64,000 bases of DNA, from positions 4,177 to 68,176 of the forward strand of contig RFGE01000022.1 in the NCBI GenBank assembly GCA_003696105.1, given 5' to 3'. Source of the DNA: Deltaproteobacteria bacterium. Lineage in GTDB: Bacteria > Myxococcota_A > Polyangia > Haliangiales > J016. The translations under genes were made by a program, and so were the position numbers. Shown one piece after another: positions 19,341-28,210 of the stretch (within the stretch, counting starts at the first letter, position 1; the number at the start of each line of letters is the position of its first letter). The notes beneath the pieces are model-generated. The model was given only the letters and a program-made list of their open reading frames with translations. It searched no databases and was not told the origin of the DNA.

Positions 19341-20410
19341 GGGAACACCAACACGTTGTCGGCGCCGTGGCGCGCGATCAGGTCGTCGATGTAACGCAGC
19401 GCGTAGTCGCGCCGCGCCATCAGCGCCGCGACCTCGCTGTCGTCGAGCAACTCGTGAAACGGCCCCGGATCGTCGGCGAGCGCGGCGCGCACCGCCTCCT
19501 CGTCGAGCGCGCGCAACGCCGCCACCAGCGACCGCGAAAACTTCTGCACCTTCATCAGGTAGGAGCGGACCTTTTCCGCCCCGGCGGGCTGCCGCCCAAA
19601 CGACAAGGTGTTGTCCATGTAGTACAAAAACGACCCGTCCGGCGACGAGCGGACGTTGCCGCCGCTCCACCGATCGAGATTGTTGATCAGAAAGTCGAAC
19701 ACCACCATGTCGCTGATCTGCGCGACGAGCCGCGCCTCCCGGTACGGCACCGGCTCGCCGATGGTCAGATAGCGGTGCCAGGTCACGACGCCGTCGACGC
19801 TGTCGACCGGGTAGCCGTCGATCCTCGGCTTGGCGATGCGCGGGATCCACCAGGACAGCTCGCCGACCACCCAGCCGTCGTTCTGGATCATCTCCGCTCG
19901 CAGCCGCGGCGCAATGTAGGCGCTGTCCGGTTCCAGGTGCGACAGAATGTCGTCGACGCGGAACATGCGACCGATCGCCGGCGCCACGGTACTCAACCCG
20001 AGCAGCCGGTTGATCCGGTACGCCGCCACCTCGCGGCGCGGCACGGTCTGCCAGTTGGTCTGGCGCGGCTTGAACGCGGCGCGCGCGCCGTTGTCGAAGT
20101 CGATCCGCAGCGAGATCGACGACCCGCCGAGGTTGAACGCCACGCGGTCGATCTCGCCGGTGCGCAACGGCGCGAGCAGCTGGTCGTCCGCCACGCCGCG
20201 AAACAGGCCGAGCGCGCGGCGGACCGGGCCGAGGCTCGGCCGCTCCGGCCAGCGGATTTCGACCCGCTCGGCCGGAGCCGCGGGCGCGCGGCCGGCATGC
20301 GCCCAGCGGCCCCGAAGCTCGCGCACGCCGGCGGTCCCCGCCAGCGCGAGGCCGGCGGCGAGCGAGACCCCGACGGCGAGCTCGACGGCCACACAGCTCC
20401 CGAGGCGCAC
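19337..20410 (-). CDS. secreted Fam20/Four-jointed-like protein kinase homolog
   Basis: Signal/TM N-terminus (VAVELAVGVSLAAGLALAG). Motifs AAFKP, REVAAYRINRLLGLSTVAPAIGR, ISDMVVFDFLINNLDR and YYMDNTLSFG are collinear with the Fam20C kinase-core motifs as I recall them. Confidence 0.7.
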   Translation of the reverse strand: MRLGSCVAVELAVGVSLAAGLALAGTAGVRELRGRWAHAGRAPAAPAERVEIRWPERPSLGPVRRALGLFRGVADDQLLAPLRTGEIDRVAFNLGGSSISLRIDFDNGARAAFKPRQTNWQTVPRREVAAYRINRLLGLSTVAPAIGRMFRVDDILSHLEPDSAYIAPRLRAEMIQNDGWVVGELSWWIPRIAKPRIDGYPVDSVDGVVTWHRYLTIGEPVPYREARLVAQISDMVVFDFLINNLDRWSGGNVRSSPDGSFLYYMDNTLSFGRQPAGAEKVRSYLMKVQKFSRSLVAALRALDEEAVRAALADDPGPFHELLDDSEVAALMARRDYALRYIDDLIARHGADNVLVFP

Positions 20411-20542
20411 GCCGTCAGGGTATCACGCGGCGCGCGACGCCTCCAAATTCCGACACAAGCAAAACAGCAACAGTTTCAACGCGTTAAGCCGATGCGCGCG
20501 GCGCTGTCGGAGGGGAATGCTACGCTCCCTGCGTCGCCCGCC

Positions 20543-20755
20543 ATGCCGACGCTCAAAGACTCCATGTGTTGCATGTGCAAGGCGCCGCTTCCCGCGGGCG
20601 CGGCCTACGTGCGCTGTTCGGTGGCGTCGTGCAACTCGGGCCGCTTCAAGCTGCGGTTCTGCAGCGTCGCATGCTGGGAAGCCCACCTGCCGACCGCCCG
20701 CCACCGCAACGCCGACTACGTCCGCGTCGACCCGACCGAGGCCAACTCCGGCTGA
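20543..20755 (+). CDS. small Cys-rich (zinc-ribbon-like) protein
   Basis: 70 aa: MPTLKDSMCCMCKAPLPAGAAYVRCSVASCNSGRFKLRFCSVACWEAHLPTARHRNADY.... High-GC3 codon pattern. Alternative ATG at 20492. Divergent from the Fam20-like operon. Confidence 0.5.
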   Translation: MPTLKDSMCCMCKAPLPAGAAYVRCSVASCNSGRFKLRFCSVACWEAHLPTARHRNADYVRVDPTEANSG

Positions 20756-20800
20756 CGCCCGGCCGGCGCGCCGCGCCGTGTCGCCGCGACTCGGCCGCCG

Positions 20801-21361
20801 TCAGGGACGCGGAGCCGCCAACAGGGGCTCGACCTGGTCGGCGAGCCAGCCGTCGAGGTCGACGGCCGCCCCGCGGTGAACCGCGACGACCACGCCGCGC
20901 CGGTCGATGACGACCAGGTGCGGGATGGTCGTCACCCGGAAGGCGTCGGCGACCGCGCCATCGTCGCTGAGCACGGGGAACGTGACGCCGAGGCGCCGCG
21001 CCGCGGCCAGCGCGGCCGCGCGGCCAGCGCGGCCCTCGATGTTGACCGACAGCACGCGGAAGCCATCGCCGCGAAGGCGCCGCCAGGCCCGCTCGATCGC
21101 CGGCATCGCGCGAATGCACGGCCCGCACCAGGACGCCCAGAAGTCCACGAGCACGACATCGCCGCGGGCGTCGGCCAGCGACACGCGACCGCCGCCGTCG
21201 GCACGCGGCAGCGAAAACAGCGGCGCCATGTCTCCCGGGGCGACCGGCCGCATCGCGTGCCAGTTGCGCGCGACGTCCACCGCGCCGAACGCGGCGGTCG
21301 CGAGCGCCAGCGCGATCGCCGCCCGGCCCGCCCACCGCGCGCGGCGGCCCGGATCAGCCAC
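20801..21361 (-). CDS. TlpA/ResA-family periplasmic thiol:disulfide oxidoreductase
   Basis: Signal anchor plus VLVDFWASWCGPC (thioredoxin CxxC) and a ...TIPHLVVID motif. GTG start. Confidence 0.88.
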   Translation of the reverse strand: MADPGRRARWAGRAAIALALATAAFGAVDVARNWHAMRPVAPGDMAPLFSLPRADGGGRVSLADARGDVVLVDFWASWCGPCIRAMPAIERAWRRLRGDGFRVLSVNIEGRAGRAAALAAARRLGVTFPVLSDDGAVADAFRVTTIPHLVVIDRRGVVVAVHRGAAVDLDGWLADQVEPLLAAPRP

Positions 21362-21875
21362 GGGCGTCCCCCCGCGCGCGAGCGACGCGAATCGCGAGCG
21401 CCACCGCGCCCCCGCCCCACGCGAGCGCCGCGACTCCGGCGACGTCCGTCGCCGCCCGCGACAGCGACCCGCCCGCCAGCGCGGCGGCGAAGCCGGCGAC
21501 GAGCCGGACGAATGCGAACGGCACGTAGGCGACCGCGGCGAGGTCGAAGTCGCGGCCGACCGCGCGGCGCCGCCCCGCCGCGATGGTCACGACGCCGCCG
21601 GCAATGAACAAGAACGCCAGATCCCACCCGATCGCCCGCCCGACGACCCCGGCGGCCGCGACCACACCGGCCAAGGCCGAGTCGACCGCGCCGATCCAGG
21701 CCGCCGCCACGAGCGCGCGGACGTGCAGCGCGAACGCCGACGCCAGCAGCACGGCGGTGGCGTCCGACGACGCGCGCCCGGCGTGGGCGGGATCGTCGGC
21801 GGCCGACAGTGCCGCCGTCGGGGCGGCGAGCGCCGCGCCGATCCGCTCGGCGAACGAGGTCGGGCACCAGATCAT
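21354..21875 (-). CDS. integral membrane protein, unknown function
   Basis: 173 aa with about 5 hydrophobic segments. Overlaps the tlpA-like start by 8 nt and lies 10 nt after the upstream gene. Confidence 0.6.
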   Translation of the reverse strand: MIWCPTSFAERIGAALAAPTAALSAADDPAHAGRASSDATAVLLASAFALHVRALVAAAWIGAVDSALAGVVAAAGVVGRAIGWDLAFLFIAGGVVTIAAGRRRAVGRDFDLAAVAYVPFAFVRLVAGFAAALAGGSLSRAATDVAGVAALAWGGGAVALAIRVARARGDARG

Positions 21876-21885
21876 CGTTCCGCGG

Positions 21886-22998
21886 TCACCGGCCGCCGCG
21901 TCCGCCGGTCGACCGGGTCATGACGAGCTTCCGCGCCTGGGCCGCCAGCGCCGACGGGATGCTCTTGGACCGCGCGAGCGCGCGGATGTCCTTGTCCCGC
22001 AAGTGGGGCACGAGCCGCATCGCGATCGCCAGCGGCGTCTTCGGGTTGTTGACCAGTGCGAGCTTGCACGCGTACAGCTTGGTCCATTCGCGCTTGCGCG
22101 CAATGTAGGCGATCACTTCCTCGGACAACGCGCTGTTTCCGGCGTGTTTGACCGCTTCCATTTCGGTGACGCCGGGCGCCTTGATGGCGGCGAGCGCGAC
22201 CATCTTGTTGGAGTCGCGCACCAGCTGCGCGCGCACGAACTTGTTGCCGAGCGTCGCGAGGCGAATCTTCATCGGGATCGTCATCGCCGACAGCGGGAGG
22301 TCGCGCTCATCGCCCTCGTCTGCTGCGGCGGCGCGATCGTCGTCCGCCTCCTCGGCGGCCTGCTCCGCCGCGGCCGCGAACAGCGCGTCGGCCGCGTCGC
22401 GCCCCTCGTCAGACGGCGGGCCCGCCTTCGCCGTCGCGACCGCCGCGCGCGCGATCTCGTCCCACGCGGCGATCCCCGGCACGCGCACCTGATTGCGCAC
22501 CGCGAGTTCCACCGCCCGATCCACCGTGGACATGCGGGCGGCGCGGTTGACGTACATCGCGGCGATGATGGCCGGATGGCGCAACAGCCGCTGCTCGTTG
22601 GAGGCGATCAGGTCGACCAGGCGCTCGCCGACCGCGCCCGCGAGTTCGGCGACGGTCTCATCGGCTGTCGCCGGATTGAGCAGAATCAGCTCGAGCATCG
22701 CCTCGCGGTTCGCCAGTCGCTCGGCAAAGAAGTCGAGCACGCGCGGATCCGCTTGCGGGTTCGACAGGGCGCCGGTGAGCACCCGGTCGGGCAACTCCGT
22801 GGCCGTCTTCGCGGCCGCCTGAGCGACCGCGCCGTCCGCGTCGATCGCGAGCTGATACAAAACGGTGATCAAATCAACCGGGTTGGGCAGAGGCGCGAGG
22901 CCGCGCGCGGCCATCATCTTGATGGGCCCGGAGGCCAGCGCCTTGCGCGCAGCCTCACTGAGCCGCTCCGCTTCGATCGGTGTACGCGCAATCGCCAT
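21886..22998 (-). CDS. conserved hypothetical alpha-helical repeat protein with acidic linker
   Basis: MAIARTPIEAERLSEAARKAL.... The ATG overlaps the coaX stop (ATGA at 22998). I recognise no catalytic motif. The track ORF extends to 24099, but that part is a shadow of coaX. Confidence 0.65.
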   Translation of the reverse strand: MAIARTPIEAERLSEAARKALASGPIKMMAARGLAPLPNPVDLITVLYQLAIDADGAVAQAAAKTATELPDRVLTGALSNPQADPRVLDFFAERLANREAMLELILLNPATADETVAELAGAVGERLVDLIASNEQRLLRHPAIIAAMYVNRAARMSTVDRAVELAVRNQVRVPGIAAWDEIARAAVATAKAGPPSDEGRDAADALFAAAAEQAAEEADDDRAAAADEGDERDLPLSAMTIPMKIRLATLGNKFVRAQLVRDSNKMVALAAIKAPGVTEMEAVKHAGNSALSEEVIAYIARKREWTKLYACKLALVNNPKTPLAIAMRLVPHLRDKDIRALARSKSIPSALAAQARKLVMTRSTGGRGGR

Positions 22999-23768
22999 CA
23001 GCGGTTCCTCTCGAACAAGATCTTCAATCCGCGGAGCGTCAGCAGCGGATCGACCTCGCGGATCGCGCGCGACGCGCCGGCGATCAGTCGCGCGAGCCCG
23101 CCGGTCGCAAGGCAATAGGGGTCGAAGTCCACCTCGGCGGCGATGCGGTCGACCACGGCGTCGACCATCCCGGCATACCCGTAATACAGGCCCGACTGCA
23201 TCGACGTCACAGGCGTGCGCCCGACCGCGCGCTCCGGCTTGACGATCTCCACCCGCGGCAGCTTGGCCGCCCGGCGGTACAGCGCTTCGGCGCTGATGAG
23301 AATGCCCGGCGCGATCACCCCGCCGAGGTACTCGCCCTTCGGCGTGACCACGTCCCACGTCGTCGCGGTGCCGAAGTCGACGCACACGAGGCCGCGGCGA
23401 TGTTTGTCGAACGCCGCCACCGCGTTGGCGATGCGGTCGGCGCCTACCTCGCGCGGATTCTCGTACAGGATCGGCATGCCGGTCTTGATCCCGGGACCGA
23501 CCACCATCGGCTCGATGCCGAGGTGGCGGGAAAACAGCCGCACGACCGCGTGCAGCGCGGGCGGAACGACCGACGCGACGATGCCGTGGCTCACCGCATG
23601 CCAGTCGCGGCCGTGCAGCGCGAACAGTTGTTGGACGAGCACGGCGTACTCGTCCGAGGTGCGGTTGGCCTCCGTCGCGAGCCGCCAGTGGTCGACGAGT
23701 TCGTCGCCCTCGTAGAGGCCGAACACCGTGTTCGTGTTGCCGACGTCGACCGCGAGCAAATTGGCCAT
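22998..23768 (-). CDS. coaX: type III pantothenate kinase
   Basis: MANLLAVDVGNTNTVFGLY...VDFGTATTWD...GPGI are CoaX motifs. 256 aa. Confidence 0.93.
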   Translation of the reverse strand: MANLLAVDVGNTNTVFGLYEGDELVDHWRLATEANRTSDEYAVLVQQLFALHGRDWHAVSHGIVASVVPPALHAVVRLFSRHLGIEPMVVGPGIKTGMPILYENPREVGADRIANAVAAFDKHRRGLVCVDFGTATTWDVVTPKGEYLGGVIAPGILISAEALYRRAAKLPRVEIVKPERAVGRTPVTSMQSGLYYGYAGMVDAVVDRIAAEVDFDPYCLATGGLARLIAGASRAIREVDPLLTLRGLKILFERNR

Positions 23769-23956
23769 GCCGGCGACATCTTAGCGCGGCGGCGGCCGCG
23801 CGCGGCGCGCCGGTGCGCCGCCCCCTGGCGCGGCCACGGGGGATGCCCCCGTCACGGCGCCCGCCGGGATGTCGCCGGGGCCTACCCACGCGGCGGCGCG
23901 CCGTAGTACGCTCCCTGGCGACCATTCGTTCGCTTACCACGGGGAGGAATCCGACG

Positions 23957-24676
23957 ATGCGCATCCATGTTGCTGGGTTCGTGTGCCTTGGTCTGCTCGC
24001 CTGCGGAGGCGGCGGCGATCCGGGGCCGCGCCCGCTGTCGCACCACTTCGACGACATGCACATCGCCGCGGTGCCGATCGCGGAGAAGCAGTCGGTCATC
24101 GAAGCGCAAAACGCCTACGCCACAGCGAAAATGGAGCGCGCCAAGGCGGAGGCCGACTACAACGAGTCGGCGACCAAGCTGTCGGTCGCCGAGAACGAGC
24201 GCGAGCAGGCGCTGCTCGCCGAAAAGTCCGCCCGCACCGAAAAGAAGGCGGCCGACGACTCGAACGATCTCACGCGCATCAATGCGGCGGCGGCCGAGCT
24301 TCACCGGGCCGAACTGGCTCGCAAGGCGGCCGACGAGAAGGTGTCGTGGCTGAAGGTCTACCGCGAATACCTCAAGAAGTGGCTGCGCTACACCGAAGAG
24401 GCCATGTACGCGGCGGAGGCCAAGTACGAGCTGGCCAAGGCGCGCATCGCGCAGAAAAAGAACATTCGGCCCAAGGGGTTCGATCCGGCGGTGTTCGAGA
24501 CTCAATACAAGGAGCGGTCGGAGCGCGCGCAGCGCGCCCGCGCCCAGGCGATGCAGATCAAACAGAAGGCCGACGCGAAAAAGAAACAGTGGGAGGCCAT
24601 GGTGAAGGCCGCCCAACCCAAGCCGGCCACCCAACCGAAGCCGGCCGCGACCGGCGGCAATACGAGCGGGAGCTGA
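23957..24676 (+). CDS. Lys/Glu/Ala-rich coiled-coil lipoprotein
   Basis: SD GGGGAGGA 9 nt upstream. MRIHVAGFVCLGLLACGGGG (lipobox), then long heptad-like KAEADY...AEKSARTEKKAADD... sequence. Confidence 0.75.
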   Translation: MRIHVAGFVCLGLLACGGGGDPGPRPLSHHFDDMHIAAVPIAEKQSVIEAQNAYATAKMERAKAEADYNESATKLSVAENEREQALLAEKSARTEKKAADDSNDLTRINAAAAELHRAELARKAADEKVSWLKVYREYLKKWLRYTEEAMYAAEAKYELAKARIAQKKNIRPKGFDPAVFETQYKERSERAQRARAQAMQIKQKADAKKKQWEAMVKAAQPKPATQPKPAATGGNTSGS

Positions 24677-24687
24677 GCGGACCGCGG

Positions 24688-26232
<1,545 letters not shown>

Positions 26233-26363
26233 CACCGCGCGGCGCCGGCGGCGGCCGGCCCTCCGATCCCGCGCTGACACCGCGCGGCGCTGGCGGCGGC
26301 CGGCCCTCCGATCCCGCGCTGACGCCGCGCCGCGGTCGACGGGCGCGCGCCCGGCCGGCTGCG

Positions 26364-26642
26364 CTACCGCCGGCGTCCCGCCAGCCACAGAGCCGCCGCG
26401 ATCAACGCGGCGGTCGCGCCCCCGTCGATCGCGCCGGCGGTGCGGCAGTCGCAGCCGTCGTTGTCGTCGATCGGGGGCGGGTATCGCCCCGCGTCGGCGC
26501 GCGTCGCGTCGGGCGCCGCGGCGTCGACCGTCGCGGCGTCGGCGGCGGCAGCGTCCACGGCGCCGCCGTCGGCCTGTGCGGCCGCCACGCCCGGCGCGGC
26601 GACGCCGAGCGCGAGCACGAAGCCGGCGAGTGCATCTCTCAT
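26364..26642 (-). CDS. small secreted protein with MYXO-CTERM-like sorting signal
   Basis: Signal peptide MRDALAGFVLALGVAAPGVAAAQA, a low-complexity Ala/Asp core, and a C-terminus GCDCRTAG...ALIAAALWLAGRRR (Cys motif plus TM plus RRR). Alternative GTG start at 26660. Confidence 0.7.
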   Translation of the reverse strand: MRDALAGFVLALGVAAPGVAAAQADGGAVDAAAADAATVDAAAPDATRADAGRYPPPIDDNDGCDCRTAGAIDGGATAALIAAALWLAGRRR

Positions 26643-26756
26643 GGCCCGGTACGGTATCACGGCGCGCGAGCGTCGCGTCGCGCGGGCCCCCGGCGCAACG
26701 CGGCCGCGTCAGCCGTTGTCATGGACCGCGGGCGCCGGTCGGACGTCTAACGGGAC

Positions 26757-27521
26757 ATGGCGCACCGCACTGTCCTGTGCCTGTCGTCGGCGGCGGCCCA
26801 CGCGGCCGCGATCGCCGCCCTGATCGCCGCCGGCGCCTGGCGCGTCGCCAAGCTGCCGGCCGAGTCCACCCCGCCCGTCTACCTGGCGATGGCCGTCCCG
26901 CCCGCGCTTCCTGCGCCCGGCGGCGGCGACGGCAAGCCGCCGCCACTGCGCCGCGCACACGGCGGTGCGGGCCGCGCAGACCCCGCCCGCAAGCAACGGG
27001 CCGCCGGCGTCCAGCCGCTCGCGGTCGAGGAGGACGCGGCGACCGCGGCAGGCGGCCGCGACGCAGACGGCGACGTCTGGGGGGACGACGCGTGGGGCGT
27101 CGCCGGCGGCGACGGGCGCGGGCTTCACATCGTTCCGGGGACCTGCCGCAACCCGCCCTGCGGCGTCGCCGGCATCACCGAGGTCGCGGTCCCCGATCCC
27201 CCCGAGCCGCGCGACCGCATCGTCCCTCCCGAGCTGCTCCGCGGCCGCCGCATCGCCGGCTCCGACCGGATCGAACCGCCGGACGCCGTGCGGGTCGCCA
27301 TGGCGCGAGCCGGCGTCGACCGCGTCCGCGCCAGCGTGCGACTGTGCATCGACTCGCGCGGCCGCGTGCGCGATCTCGCCGTGTTGCGAAGCACGACGTA
27401 CCCGGCGTACGACGCGACGCTGATCCGCGCGATGCGCGCGTGGCGATATCGCCCGTACGAAATCGATGGTACACCCGTGCCCGCGTGCACGGTCGTCCAG
27501 GTCCTGTATCGGTTCCGCTAG
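26757..27521 (+). CDS. TonB C-terminal domain protein
   Basis: N-terminal TM ([16 protein letters not shown]), a Pro-rich spacer, and a C-terminal TonB_C-like region (VRLCIDSRGRVRDLAVLRSTTYPAYDATLIRAMRAWRYRPY). Confidence 0.75.
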   Translation: MAHRTVLCLSSAAAHAAAIAALIAAGAWRVAKLPAESTPPVYLAMAVPPALPAPGGGDGKPPPLRRAHGGAGRADPARKQRAAGVQPLAVEEDAATAAGGRDADGDVWGDDAWGVAGGDGRGLHIVPGTCRNPPCGVAGITEVAVPDPPEPRDRIVPPELLRGRRIAGSDRIEPPDAVRVAMARAGVDRVRASVRLCIDSRGRVRDLAVLRSTTYPAYDATLIRAMRAWRYRPYEIDGTPVPACTVVQVLYRFR

Positions 27522-27696
27522 GAGGCGGTTGCGTATAGGCGCGCCAGCGAGGTTGCGAGATGCGAGGCGAGGTTCGGCGCACGCCCGTAGCGCACGAGGG
27601 CGCGTATAATCATACGGTACCGAAGGGCGCGAGGACGTACGCCGAAGATCGCCCGCCGATCGTGACCGCAGCCAGCGGCTATGCGCAACAGCCTCC
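27521..27696 (+). mobile_element. MITE-like element, copy B (best preserved; 21-bp TIRs, TA flanks)
   Basis: The 5' GGAGGCGGTTGCGTATAGGCG (27521..27541) matches the reverse complement of 27676..27696, GGAGGCTGTTGCGCATAGCCG, at 18 of 21 positions. TA lies on both sides (27519-20, 27697-98). 176 bp. Confidence 0.75.
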
Positions 27697-28169
27697 TATC
27701 CGTCCCGCTGGTCCGCATCGTGTCCGGCGGTCAGACCGGCGCCGACCGCGGCGGCCTCGAGGCGGCGATCGCGCTGGGCATCGAGCACGGCGGCTGGTGT
27801 CCGCGCGGCCGGCGCGCCGAGGACGGCCGCATCCCGGACCGCTACCGGTTGCGCGAGACCGAGTCGGCCGACTATGCACAGCGGACGGAGCGCAACGTGC
27901 TCGACAGCGACGGCACGGTGCTGTTCACCCGCGGCGCGCCGACCGGAGGCAGCGCGCTCACCGCCGCGTTGGCGCGCCGCCACGCCAAGCCGCTGTTGCA
28001 CGTCGATCTGGCATCGACGGACGAGCGCACCGCCGCGTGCGCGCTGCGCGCATGGCTGGCCGACCGCGGGATCGCGACACTCAACGTCGCTGGCAGTCGC
28101 GAAAGCGGCTGCCCCGGCATCTCGGACGCGGTCCGGCGCATCGTCACCGCGGCCGTCGCCGCGCCGTGA
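27681..28169 (+). CDS. SLOG-superfamily protein (circularly permuted YpsA / 'molybdenum carrier' family)
   Basis: VSGGQTGADRGGLEAAIALGIEHGGWCPRGRRAEDGRIPDRYRLRETESADYAQRTERNVLDSDGTVLF is diagnostic of that family. ATG 27681 lies inside the MITE 3' TIR, so the start is uncertain. Confidence 0.8.
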   Translation: MRNSLLSVPLVRIVSGGQTGADRGGLEAAIALGIEHGGWCPRGRRAEDGRIPDRYRLRETESADYAQRTERNVLDSDGTVLFTRGAPTGGSALTAALARRHAKPLLHVDLASTDERTAACALRAWLADRGIATLNVAGSRESGCPGISDAVRRIVTAAVAAP

Positions 28170-28210
28170 CCCCGAGGCGCCGCGCGGGCCGCGCGCCCGG
28201 TCCCCACCGC

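Noticed and set aside
23769-23956. A sigma54-like promoter (TGGCGACCATTCGTTCGC) upstream of the coiled-coil lipoprotein.
   Set aside because: The spacing between the GG and GC elements does not fit the -24/-12 consensus.
27586-27591. TATAAT inside MITE copy B as a family-wide outward promoter.
   Set aside because: The hexamer is absent from copies A (CATATGAAC) and C (GC-rich core), and no -35 is evident. It is kept only as a copy-specific speculation.
27518-27718. A small ORF on the minus strand inside the MITE copies (27518..27718; similar peptides from 57979..58503 and within 10777..12756).
   Set aside because: Conservation is at the nucleotide level. Copy C has a replaced core and the copies do not share consistent starts and stops. 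TIR plus TA architecture explains the similarity better than a protein.
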